From Candidatus Zambryskiibacteriota bacterium (lineage in GTDB: Bacteria; Patescibacteriota; Minisyncoccia; Phycocordibacterales; WO2-35-19): a DNA stretch of 64,000 bases. Below, piece after piece: positions 49,068 through 58,228 of this stretch. The notes beneath the pieces were generated by a model. The model worked only from the letters and a program-made list of their open reading frames with translations, was not told the origin of the DNA and made no database searches. The stretch spans positions 91,615-155,614 of the forward strand of contig CAWJAC010000005.1 of assembly GCA_963840745.1 (NCBI GenBank), given 5' to 3'. The position numbers and the translations under genes were made by a program. How positions within the stretch are numbered: the first letter of the stretch is position 1; each line of letters starts with the position of its first letter.

Positions 49068-50036
49068 TCAAAACTCCAAGCGGCAAAACAGGCGTCCCTT
49101 GGCCAGATATAGCCATAAGTATCTCCTCCATACTGAACATTGCCGGAATCGAGCCGAGGCTAAAATCCCTCCCCGTTCATCAGAGTGCGCTCTCATTACC
49201 AAAAGTGAATCATAAAATAAATTTTTAGCCTTCTCGGATAATCCATTGAAAGAGATATCAACCTGACCCGTCCAGGCCGTCCAAAAATCTTTAGTGGATT
49301 CAAGCAAATGCTCCGGAGATTTTTCAAAAATATATTCAAGCAGTTCACAAACATCTTTATACGTTTCTGCCACCATAACCCAATAATACAGAGTAATGGA
49401 ACCGTTCTCTCCAACGTCTCTGTTCCAACTAATGACAGAGTCTACCACTCCGTGTTCAATGGGATTTTTGGATAAAATACCATCTTCAGCATCTTTCCAG
49501 GTGCCCTCTTTGCCCTCGGCGCCGCAAAAGCCGATGCTGAAGTCTTGGAAAGGCTTATTTTCGCAGACTCCTCCGGTTAAAAAAACTCTCCTGCCTTTGT
49601 AGTGGATTATTGATTCAATGGTGCTTGAAAAATAAGCGGTATCGGCATGATTGGTATCCCCTATTTTAAACTGCTGGTTTAAGAATATTTTTATGTTGCG
49701 CGTCTTTGAGTCTTTGTTGGTCAGTGTAATTTTTCTTAAAAAAATATTCTTTTCATTGTAAACAATATCGGTCGATTCTAGATTAATTTTTGCTCTATTA
49801 TTCGACGCTTGCATTTTGGAGACCATAGTATTTCTCTCGTATCTTATATCAATATTCCACTCCCCATTGTCAATCCAATGCATCCCGCCATCAACAAAAA
49901 CTCCAATCTTGTGCATTTGGTTTGATCCGATATGATTTTCCTGACCGATATAAGGGAAATAAAAATCCCTGACCTGTCCGAATTTATCAAGACAGACCAA
50001 ACTATTGCCATTTCCCAAAACCATTGAGCGAGCCAT
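49068..50036 (-). CDS. glycoside hydrolase family 15, N-terminal fragment
   Basis: MVLGNGNSLVCLDKFGQVRDFYFPYIGQENH. Frame is lost near 49155. The alternative frame reads LDSGNVQYGGDTYGYIWPRDACFAAWSFDMAGF. Confidence 0.8.
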   Translation of the reverse strand: MARSMVLGNGNSLVCLDKFGQVRDFYFPYIGQENHIGSNQMHKIGVFVDGGMHWIDNGEWNIDIRYERNTMVSKMQASNNRAKINLESTDIVYNEKNIFLRKITLTNKDSKTRNIKIFLNQQFKIGDTNHADTAYFSSTIESIIHYKGRRVFLTGGVCENKPFQDFSIGFCGAEGKEGTWKDAEDGILSKNPIEHGVVDSVISWNRDVGENGSITLYYWVMVAETYKDVCELLEYIFEKSPEHLLESTKDFWTAWTGQVDISFNGLSEKAKNLFYDSLLVMRAHSDERGGILASARFRQCSVWRRYLWLYLAKGRLFCRLEF

Positions 50037-50137
50037 ACAAAAATTATATCATAAAATAAAAACCCCACCCCCGCCCTCCCCTTGATCAGGGGAGGGAAAA
50101 CAAAAAACTTGCAATAGAAACTTCACTTCCTTTCCCA

Positions 50138-50178
50138 GAGGGTGACCCTTGAGGATTCTGCCCCAAAGGGTCACCCTC
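50138..50178. terminator. 13-bp perfect hairpin overlapping the RT-2 stop codon
   Basis: gagggtgaccctt-(15 nt)-aagggtcaccctc. A second GC hairpin, ccctcccct-tgatc-aggggaggg, lies at 50064-50086. Confidence 0.5.
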
Positions 50179-51157
50179 AATTCCTCTTTCCTTTAATCCA
50201 ATTCTTGGGTATTCTACGATTTAGCTTCTGTAACAGCTTAATCTTCAATCCTCTTGATCGACAATGAGAGAGAATGCCGTTATAGGAAGAAAAATTCTTA
50301 TCAGTAGCTTTCCTTAACATTCTCTTCTTGGTTTTAGTCCTCAAAATTCTGTAATTGGGAAAACAAACATAACCAAGATAATCAATACCGCTTGAATAAG
50401 TTTTTAAGACTATCTTATCCGGATGGATTTTTAGTTTCAGATTTTTCTCTGTAAAATCTTGAATCTTTAAAAGGCATGCCTCTAAAAAACTTCTGTCCGG
50501 GTGCATAAGTAAAAAATCATCAGCATATCTGATATATCCTCCAACTTTCAATTCGTGCTTCACAAACTGGTCGAGCTTATTCATGTAAATATTGGCGAAA
50601 ATCTGAGAAGTGAGATTGCCAAGCGGTATGCCAGAGTCAAAACTTTCCGTTATATCTTCAAGAAGTTTGATTAATCTGCCATCAAAAGTCTCTTTTCTTA
50701 ATATTTTTAGAAGTATTTCGTGATCAACGGAATCAAAAAATTTCTTGATGTCCAGCTTCAATATCCACAAAGTCCTGCTATTGTTGCGAGAAAGCTTAAG
50801 CCCCATTTTATGAAGGCGTTTAATAGCCCAATGAGTGCCTTTGTATTTTCTGGAAGACCATGAATCAAAGATGAATTTCTTGTCCCACATCTGCTCTATG
50901 ACTCTGATAATTGCATGATGCAAAAGCCTGTCACGGACACTTGCCTTGTGGATATGCCTCTTTTTTGGATCATTAATGAAAAAGGAAAAATAACCGCCAT
51001 GTTTATAAGTCCCATTTACCAGATCTTCATGCAATCTAAAAATATTGTCTTCAAGACTAAGCTCAAACTCAGCGACATCCTTCTTTCTCCTTTTGTCCCT
51101 ACGAAACTCAGTCCAAGCGTCGAACAAATTTTTTAATGAAATAATTTTTTCAAACAT
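50177..51157 (-). CDS. DGR-2 reverse transcriptase
   Basis: Start MFEKII at 51157 (alternative 51181). RHIHKASVRDRLLHH, IRYADDFLLMH (YxDD). DGR-type IPLGNLTSQIFANIYMN. Confidence 0.9.
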   Translation of the reverse strand: MFEKIISLKNLFDAWTEFRRDKRRKKDVAEFELSLEDNIFRLHEDLVNGTYKHGGYFSFFINDPKKRHIHKASVRDRLLHHAIIRVIEQMWDKKFIFDSWSSRKYKGTHWAIKRLHKMGLKLSRNNSRTLWILKLDIKKFFDSVDHEILLKILRKETFDGRLIKLLEDITESFDSGIPLGNLTSQIFANIYMNKLDQFVKHELKVGGYIRYADDFLLMHPDRSFLEACLLKIQDFTEKNLKLKIHPDKIVLKTYSSGIDYLGYVCFPNYRILRTKTKKRMLRKATDKNFSSYNGILSHCRSRGLKIKLLQKLNRRIPKNWIKGKRN

Positions 51158-51158
51158 A

Positions 51159-51536
51159 ATGAATACAAAAAATGATATCAAAACCGCCGAACAAACTCCT
51201 CTGTTTCAGGCGGTCTATAAGTTGTATCTATCATGGTATGTCAGATGCAGCCAAATTCCAAAGAAAGACAGGTTTACCATCGGCCAAAAAACGGAAAACT
51301 TGCTTTTGGAGATTCTGATTCTTATAGTTACCGCTTACCACACAAACAATCCGGAATATAAAAGGCAATCTCTGTCTAAAGCAAATACTTTGCTTGAGTG
51401 CATTAAGGTTACTATTCGACTGGCCAAAGATGTAAAAGCTCTGGAACAGCGCTGGTACATAGATTATCAGACCAGAATCCAAGAAATGGGCAAAATGCTA
51501 GGCGGGTGGATCTCTAGCACAAAACTTGATTTATGA
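51159..51536 (+). CDS. avd: DGR-2 Avd-like four-helix-bundle protein, divergent from the RT
   Basis: AVYKLYLSWYVRCSQIPKKDRFTIGQKTE...IQEMGKMLGGWISS. Same ..P(K/R)..(F/Y)(T/S)(I/L)G.. and M.GGW pattern as Avd-1. Confidence 0.75.
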   Translation: MNTKNDIKTAEQTPLFQAVYKLYLSWYVRCSQIPKKDRFTIGQKTENLLLEILILIVTAYHTNNPEYKRQSLSKANTLLECIKVTIRLAKDVKALEQRWYIDYQTRIQEMGKMLGGWISSTKLDL

Positions 51537-51759
51537 TATACTTAAATTTATGATAAATATGACATTAAAAAAACCAAACAGTAGAGTGCTTTTCTCAAGC
51601 CTTTGGGAGGCCCGTAGGAGAATTTCAACGCTTACAAAGCAACAAAAATCTACCCTTGAAAAGGAGTGGGATGTTGAGCATGCCTACTACTCTAGCGCCC
51701 TGGAAGGAAGTAAACTAGATAAGAAAGAGTTCGAAAAATTAGGAGAAAAGATTGATTAA
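51526..51759 (+). CDS. small protein carrying a Fic inhibitory-helix motif (S/T)xxxE(G/N)
   Basis: ..EHAYYSSALEGSKLDKKEFE... Either a class-I-like Fic antitoxin or the detached N-terminus of the next gene. Confidence 0.5.
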   Translation: MIYDILKFMINMTLKKPNSRVLFSSLWEARRRISTLTKQQKSTLEKEWDVEHAYYSSALEGSKLDKKEFEKLGEKID

Positions 51760-51767
51760 ATACCGCT

Positions 51768-52409
51768 ATGGCAGAACGACCTCATAACGAAGAAGAATTA
51801 CAAAAGCGAGAGGCTGTCGGAGTAATCCGAGCCTCTCGTTTTGTCAGACGTTATGCCAATTCGCATAAACCAATTGATGTAAATACCATCTCACTTGTTC
51901 ACAAAGAAATATTTAAAGAAGCTTGGCCAGAAATAGCAGGTAAATATCGTTATGAAAATTTGAAAATTACCGACTCAAAACATTTACCGCCACACTATTC
52001 TCAAGTTTCTGAACAGATGGAGGATGCAGGAAGAGAATTTTCCAACCAACTTGAAAAACTCCAAAAAGTTGAAGGTCTCTTAATTATGAACCAAAATCCA
52101 ACCGATGAAGTTTTGAGGGTCATTGACGATATTGTGACCTGTGCCGCTTGGATACATCACCTCATTACTTACATACATCCGTTTCGTGACGGCAATGGCA
52201 GAACTGCGCGACTGGTGGCAAATCTTATTTTGGAACGCTATGGTTTGGTCGGTATTTCCATAAAGATGGAAAAGGAAAACAAAAATAAGTACCGCCAAGC
52301 TCTTGCTCAAATCGACAATGTTAAAGATTATAAACCGCTCAAAGCCATTATTTACGAGGGATTGATTGATCGTTATAACGGAGTGAGTATAAAATATTAC
52401 AATGTTTAG
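51768..52409 (+). CDS. Fic domain protein
   Basis: HPFRDGNGRTARL (HxFx[DE]GNGRxxR). Confidence 0.85.
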   Translation: MAERPHNEEELQKREAVGVIRASRFVRRYANSHKPIDVNTISLVHKEIFKEAWPEIAGKYRYENLKITDSKHLPPHYSQVSEQMEDAGREFSNQLEKLQKVEGLLIMNQNPTDEVLRVIDDIVTCAAWIHHLITYIHPFRDGNGRTARLVANLILERYGLVGISIKMEKENKNKYRQALAQIDNVKDYKPLKAIIYEGLIDRYNGVSIKYYNV

Positions 52410-52482
52410 ATATTTGAAAGTTCTTGTTTAATAAGCTATTATTATAGTGTCTGAAATTTTATTACTTTTTTAATATAAAATT

Positions 52483-52923
52483 ATGTCAGAAAAATTTGAA
52501 AAAGGTATCACCCCTGAGGGGTCCAAAGAGAAGTTTTATGTGTTTGTCGAGCTTGGAACTAGAGATTTTGAATACGAGGTACATGCATCATCTGAAGAAG
52601 AAGCAGAAAAACTTGCTGAACAAGCGATAAACGAGCAGGGGTTAAAAATATCAAATATTGAAGTAAATGAAAAAGCGCTTAATCCTGATCATATAGATGG
52701 CAAATTGGGAGACGAAACAAAAGAAAGCCAAAAAACATATTATGTTTTTGTTGAACTTGGGACAAAAGGGTTAAATTTTGAAGTAATAGCCACATCAGAA
52801 GAAAAAGCCGAACAAATTGCCGCTGACAAAGTTAACGAAAGAGGACTGAAAGTTGCATATGTTGAAGCCAACAAACAACCACCCTCCCCAATGTTATCAG
52901 ATGTTGAAATGTTGGAAGAATAA
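52483..52923 (+). CDS. hypothetical protein made of two tandem ~60-aa repeats
   Basis: KFYVFVELGTRDFEYEVHASSEEEAEKLAEQAINEQGLKISNIEVNEKA versus KTYYVFVELGTKGLNFEVIATSEEKAEQIAADKVNERGLKVAYVEANKQ. Confidence 0.5.
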   Translation: MSEKFEKGITPEGSKEKFYVFVELGTRDFEYEVHASSEEEAEKLAEQAINEQGLKISNIEVNEKALNPDHIDGKLGDETKESQKTYYVFVELGTKGLNFEVIATSEEKAEQIAADKVNERGLKVAYVEANKQPPSPMLSDVEMLEE

Positions 52924-52956
52924 ATTTTTAGAGTTAAATTAGCAAAATACACAGCC

Positions 52957-52988
52957 AAAACGAACGGATAAATGTCCGTTCGTTTTTT
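52957..52988 (+). terminator. rho-independent terminator (12-bp stem plus T-run), abutting the TR-2 3' end on the other strand
   Basis: aaaacgaacgga-taaatg-tccgttcgtttt followed by ttttct. Confidence 0.7.
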
Positions 52989-53004
52989 CTCTATGAGAGT
53001 GACT

Positions 53005-53120
53005 TCGGAGGGAAACAACACCCAAATTGTCGTTGCGATTGTCGGGGTTATCGTTGTTGACGTTGACGCCGTTGCGGTCAGCGTTGCCGAGATTCACAAG
53101 CTTGCCGTTAGAGGAAAGGG
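53005..53120 (-). repeat. DGR-2 template repeat (TR)
   Basis: Coding-sense TR is rich in AAC/AAT codons (..NGKLVNLGNADRNGVNVNNDNPDNRNDNLGVVSLR). 115-nt gap-free alignments to three VRs. Confidence 0.92.
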
Positions 53121-53417
53121 TTGTTTTTGCGTCTCTCCATCCAAATCAGGGGCCGTAACTGGGCAGACGCATCTTATAGGATGTAAGTAGCGCCTGTTGT
53201 GTAAAAATGCGGTGGCTGATTTAATCCGTCACCTAAGTGAATTTACATAAATCACCACTCCAGAGCGACGCAAGCAGTTCTTCTCTCATAATTCAATATT
53301 GGCGAGAATCATGACATGCACGATCCTTCATTAGCCATAAGCATTATACACCAAAAAATTGCGGCGAAGAAACCAAAGGTTTAAAGAAAAAAGATCTAAA
53401 GTATCAAGAGAGAAAAA

Positions 53418-54401
53418 TCAGCGGAGGGAAACAACACCCAAACCGTCGTGGCGACAGCCGGGGTTACCGCTGCTGACGCTGACGCCGTTACGGTCAGCGC
53501 TGCCGAGATACACAAGCCTGCCGTCAGAGGAAAGGGCGTTTGACCAGTCGTAATTTGCTTCCAAAATGCCTCTTTCTTTTTTGTTTCTAAACTGCAAAAC
53601 CCAGTCGTACAATATTTCAGCCGGAATTCGCCTGTGATTTTTATTTATCAAAAGTTCCGAGAGTTTCTTGGCCACTTCTTTCCAGTTTTTATCATAATCT
53701 TCGTCAAGCATTTTTTGTAAACCTTCAAGGAATTCGTCAGTGCATTCTTCCTGCTCCTCCTTTGAAACAGAATCCAAACCCAAAAGATAATCACGCAACA
53801 CTTTAGTCTGCTCTATATAATTTTTACTTGTGGAATCAGGTACAAAATTTTTGCCAACCAGTTTCCATTCAGTCCTTAAGGAAGCGTTTTTGAAAAAATC
53901 TTCTTCACTGTACCAATCTGTATCATAAAGCAATTTTTCCTGTTCTTCTTCGCTATCTTCTTCTAAAATTGCTTGCATTAGACCGTTCATTCTCTCCATA
54001 GTCATAGGAGAGCCTTCTCCATCGCTTTCCACTCTTAATACAAGCATCTCTCCATTCTCTTTGGCTTTCTCCAATACTTCCGGACCATAAGGAATAGCCG
54101 GTATTTTATCGGTAGAAACTTCAAAGCCAAAAGTGTTCTTTATTTCTTCAACTCCATAAAAACTTTCGCCCATAATTTCTTGGGCTTGCTCGTATGAAGT
54201 CTCCATTCCTTCACTTGTCTTTTTACTGCCAACACCAAGTTCTTGCTTAAGTTTTATATATTTCTCTTTTATGGCCTTGAGTTCCTGAACACTTAAAACG
54301 CTAAGGTCCCGACCTCTTTGAATACCGGTTATTTCTTCAAGAATTTTAGAGCCGAGTTCACTCTCTTTTTCGGGATTTGTAGTTTTAGGTGCGCCTTCCA
54401 T
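53418..54401 (-). CDS. DGR-2 variable target protein A
   Basis: 327 aa with no signal peptide or TM. C-terminus ..NYDWSNALSSDGRLVYLGSADRNGVSVSSGNPGCRHDGLGVVSLR contains VR-A. Confidence 0.85.
   Translation of the reverse strand: MEGAPKTTNPEKESELGSKILEEITGIQRGRDLSVLSVQELKAIKEKYIKLKQELGVGSKKTSEGMETSYEQAQEIMGESFYGVEEIKNTFGFEVSTDKIPAIPYGPEVLEKAKENGEMLVLRVESDGEGSPMTMERMNGLMQAILEEDSEEEQEKLLYDTDWYSEEDFFKNASLRTEWKLVGKNFVPDSTSKNYIEQTKVLRDYLLGLDSVSKEEQEECTDEFLEGLQKMLDEDYDKNWKEVAKKLSELLINKNHRRIPAEILYDWVLQFRNKKERGILEANYDWSNALSSDGRLVYLGSADRNGVSVSSGNPGCRHDGLGVVSLR
53422..53536 (-). repeat. DGR-2 variable repeat A
   Basis: 14 differences from the TR at TR adenines, plus one synonymous non-A difference (53490). 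Confidence 0.9.
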
Positions 54402-54487
54402 ATTTATTGTTTATTAGTTTTATTTTATTTAAAGCCAGTATATCATAAAAAATTTCGCGGAAAAACCAAAGAAACAAAGAAAAAAGG

Positions 54488-55412
54488 TCAAAGCTTCAAG
54501 ATGAGAAAAGAACAGCGGAGGGAAACAACACCCAAATAGTCGCCGCGACTGTCGGGGTGAACGTTGCTGACGTAGACGCCGTAGCGGTCAGCGTCGCCGA
54601 GAATCACAAGCTCGCCGTCAGAGGAAAGGGCTGCTGTCCAATCGTAAGTCTTCTCTAAAATTCGCTCGTTATTGCCCTTTATAGAGAGTAGGATGTCATA
54701 AAGGACTTCAGGTGGCAGTCTTCTATGATTTTTGTTTACGGTAAGCTCGAGAGAGCCTTCTGGCCGCTTCTTGCCAATCCGATTTCATGATCTCATTGAT
54801 TTCTGCAAGAACCTTGTCAGAACATTCTTTCGCCTCATCTTCAGTCAGAGAACCAACCGAAGCAAGATATTCTCTTAAAATTTTTGTCTGTTCAATATAA
54901 TTTGTGGAATTTTCTGCTTTGCCTCCATATGAAGTGGTTATGGATTCCGGCAACGGTGCTTTTGATGTTAACCTCCATTTCAAGCGAGGGTGAGCATTTG
55001 GAATTGGCGTACCATCTTTATTTATTCCAGTATAAAATGGCTCATCTTTATACCAACAACTACTTTCTAATTTTGCTGAGCCAGACTTATCTTGTCCGTA
55101 CAAAACTTTAACTTTTTCTCCAGTAGCAGGGTCGGTCAATTCAGGAATAATTTCAAGCATATGAGATATGGTCAGGAATTTGCCTTCACTATCTTTATCA
55201 ACCCCCAACACAAGCATCTCTCCATTTTCTTTAGCTTTTTCAAGATCATCTGGTGAATATGGCATATCAGGAATGTCTTCAAGAGCTACTTTGATGCCAA
55301 AAGTCTTTTCAATTTTCTCCGGTCCCATATAATCCTTACCAAGCATTTCTTTGGCCAATTCCATTTTTTTCAATAGAGTATCAGGTAAAGCTCTTCTCTC
55401 CGGCTTTGGCAA
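54488..55412 (-). CDS. DGR-2 variable target protein B (frameshifted; altered stop)
   Basis: Track ORF 54723-55412. The VR frame continues ..LELTVNKNHRRLPPEVLYD...YDWTAALSSDGELVILGDADRYGVYVSNVHPDSRGDYLGVVSLRCSFLILKL to TGA 54488. Shift near 54750. The ORF may start upstream of 55412. Confidence 0.7.
54516..54630 (-). repeat. DGR-2 variable repeat B
   Basis: 13 differences from the TR, all at TR adenines. Confidence 0.9.
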
Positions 55413-55546
55413 TTTACCACTTGCTTCAACTTCAGCTTTTAATTTCTCAATATCTTTAATAAGTCCGGCTTTCTCTGGAGATACACCACCAATTTCCAGT
55501 CTTTTTCTTTTTGACTCACCTGGTTTAGGTTTATATTCAACCAGTC

Positions 55547-56638
55547 TTATGAGCTCCCCGAGCTTTTTCTGTCGGCATCACTTTCCAATTTATTGGCATA
55601 ATAATAACGGAGAGCTTGCTGCATGGTTTCGTTTATATCTCCATTGTAGAATCTCAAAATAAAATCCCTGACTCTGCGAGGTTCCATACGATCATCGTAA
55701 GTGAACGATTGTGGCTGGTCCTCGGCAATTTTTCTGTTTTTCAAAAGTTCTTTGGCCGCTCTATGGAATTCTTTAAATTTTTCCAAGACTTCAGGCAGTC
55801 CGGGAATATCTTGTAGTTGCTCTGTTGTTAAACCTTCGCCTCTGGCCCTAAGGAACATGTCGGGAGTTATATTTTGCGTTCCAGATCCAATTCCAAAAAA
55901 AGCATCTGTTGAAAATGAGAATGTGCCTTCTGGAAGTTCGGTTGGCAGTTTTTTGTAAACCCATCTTCGAAGTTGAGCAGGATCTAGTGGTTCTCGGCCA
56001 AAATATCCTTTGCCTGGAGGGTTCATAAGAGCGATAATCTTGGTTTTTTCTTTATTTACCGCCACTGCTTCAGAAGCGTCTTCAGACAACACAACATCAC
56101 CACCCCTTTCAAGAGAGTCTAAAACTTCATGGAGGCGAATGAGGATATTCGGGGCTGAAGCATTGAATTCGTCCAATATAATTATTTTTGTCTTGCCTTC
56201 TTCTTGCCTCAAACCGCTTGTTACTTTGCCGTCTGCAAAAATATATTCAGGATCTTCAGGTTTGCTTTTATGAGGATTGGGAATGTATCTGCCCATCAAA
56301 TCTTCAACATCAGTTGCGCCGTTAAGGTTCGCATAATGAATCTCCCAACCAAGTTCAGCTGCCATTTTTTTAACAGTAGTAGTTTTCCCTAAAGAAGTAC
56401 CTCCATCAACAAGTAATGGTTCACCACTTACAAACGCCACAGCGATATCCCTTTGAAGAGGCAAAGCAACTTCTTTGTCATTTATAAAATCTTTGTATTG
56501 CTCTCTTCTTGGTATAAATTGACCATTGCCACCTTTTGCTTTTTCCAAAGTGACTCCTAAATATGACGCTGAATTTTCAGTTTCAGTTATTGGCTCTAAA
56601 TTTTCTGGTGCTTCAGGTTGTGATTCGCTAAATTTCAT
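55547..56638 (-). CDS. MoxR-like AAA+ ATPase
   Basis: Walker A GGTSLGKTT, Walker B IIILDEFNA. AAA_5/MoxR-type length and layout. Confidence 0.8.
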   Translation of the reverse strand: MKFSESQPEAPENLEPITETENSASYLGVTLEKAKGGNGQFIPRREQYKDFINDKEVALPLQRDIAVAFVSGEPLLVDGGTSLGKTTTVKKMAAELGWEIHYANLNGATDVEDLMGRYIPNPHKSKPEDPEYIFADGKVTSGLRQEEGKTKIIILDEFNASAPNILIRLHEVLDSLERGGDVVLSEDASEAVAVNKEKTKIIALMNPPGKGYFGREPLDPAQLRRWVYKKLPTELPEGTFSFSTDAFFGIGSGTQNITPDMFLRARGEGLTTEQLQDIPGLPEVLEKFKEFHRAAKELLKNRKIAEDQPQSFTYDDRMEPRRVRDFILRFYNGDINETMQQALRYYYANKLESDADRKSSGSS

Positions 56639-56641
56639 AAT

Positions 56642-57055
56642 TTATATTGTTGATTGATATGCCGGACCGCAATTGGCTAATATATCCCAACCTTTGTCTT
56701 GAAGTTTATTCAAATCTTCTTTCAAGACAAGAAAAATTACACAACCATTGGCATAGTCTGGTGAAAATGTTTTTGACTTCATTTCGGTCTTGTCAAAAAT
56801 CTCCACCTGGCCGGTAGGATACTGAACCAAAAAATCATAAAAATCTTTACTCATATTCTCCTCAATGGAAAGATACGTTTTTGGAGAATTGAATAAATCT
56901 GAAATATTATCTGATCGCTTAAATCCCTCATCATCCATTGCTGCCGAAAAATCGCTCAACTGATCTCTATCTTTGGCCACAATTAGACCAACTTCTTTTT
57001 GGCCAAAAGTTACTTTCAGGAAATCCAGGAATTCTTTGTTTTCAGTTTCTTTCAT
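56642..57055 (-). CDS. hypothetical protein (first gene of the MoxR operon)
   Basis: 137 aa with no motif recognised. Its stop is 3 nt from the MoxR start. Confidence 0.45.
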   Translation of the reverse strand: MKETENKEFLDFLKVTFGQKEVGLIVAKDRDQLSDFSAAMDDEGFKRSDNISDLFNSPKTYLSIEENMSKDFYDFLVQYPTGQVEIFDKTEMKSKTFSPDYANGCVIFLVLKEDLNKLQDKGWDILANCGPAYQSTI

Positions 57056-57194
57056 ATAGCTTATTTATACTAAAAACAATGGATATTTGCAACTTTATAT
57101 TTGTTACCAACATACTGACCGGCAATGTTTAAAAGTAAACTTTATAAACTTTTGAGAATTTGCCTAACTTTATAAAGTTTGCTAAAATAGCTCC

Positions 57195-58127
57195 ATGACA
57201 ACAAAACAAAAATTAGAGATTATTCAAAAGATGCTGGGACTTACCCAGACTAAACTGGCAGAGAGATTTGATGTATCCTTCCCTACTCTTAACAGTTGGC
57301 GAACTGGCAAATCTACACCGAGACCCAAAATGCAAGCCACAATAGACGAGTTATTTTTGGAAGTAACAGGGCAAAAAATAATTCCGGAAGATGCTCTTGT
57401 GGCCAAAAAACAGGCGCTATTGCAAAAATCAAAAGAACATAAAAACATAGTCGCTGAGATTTTGAATAACCCAGATGTCAGAGATCAATTCATTCTCAAA
57501 CTCACTTATCACAGTAACAAAATAGAAGGCAGCACTTTGAGTGAACCGGACACGGCAGCCATCCTTTTTGATAACGCAGCCTTACCTAACAAAAGTTTGA
57601 CCGAACAACTTGAAGCCAAAAATCATCAAACGGCTTTGAATTATTTGTTTGATCATATCGCTAAAAAAGAAAAAATTGACGAAATATTTGTGTTAAAACT
57701 GCACAGCGTTTTAATGAACGGGGTTCGTCCTGATGCTGGCGCTTACCGCAATCATGCCGTCCGAATAACTGGCGTCAATTTACCTACTGCAAATTATGTG
57801 AGTGTACCCAAGCTTACAGCAGAAGTCATAAAACGAATTGAAAACAAAAACAATGATAACATAATCGCTATTTCTGCGAATATACACAGCAAATTCGAAC
57901 AAATCCACCCATTTTCAGATGGAAATGGCCGGGTCGGCCGACTGCTTATGAATGCAATGTTACTTGAGGCAAATTTTGCTCCAGCGATCATTCGCCAGCA
58001 GCAAAAACAGCTTTACTACACCTATCTTTACAAAGCCCAAACTACAGAAGACCAGAGTCAACTCCAAAATTTCCTTTGCGATTCTATTTTTTATGGATTC
58101 GAAATTTTAGAACGCAAAGATAAATAA
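57195..58127 (+). CDS. Fic domain protein with N-terminal XRE-type HTH
   Basis: LGLTQTKLAERFDVSFPTLNSWRTG. Internal inhibitory motif SNKIEGS. HPFSDGNGRVGRL. Confidence 0.85.
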   Translation: MTTKQKLEIIQKMLGLTQTKLAERFDVSFPTLNSWRTGKSTPRPKMQATIDELFLEVTGQKIIPEDALVAKKQALLQKSKEHKNIVAEILNNPDVRDQFILKLTYHSNKIEGSTLSEPDTAAILFDNAALPNKSLTEQLEAKNHQTALNYLFDHIAKKEKIDEIFVLKLHSVLMNGVRPDAGAYRNHAVRITGVNLPTANYVSVPKLTAEVIKRIENKNNDNIIAISANIHSKFEQIHPFSDGNGRVGRLLMNAMLLEANFAPAIIRQQQKQLYYTYLYKAQTTEDQSQLQNFLCDSIFYGFEILERKDK

Positions 58128-58228
58128 AAACAGGAAAACCAAAGAATCAAAGAAAAAAGATCAAAGATTCAAGTAGAGACCCGCCTCCGCCTCTCGCTAC
58201 GCTCGGGCTACGGACGGGCAAGGAAGAA

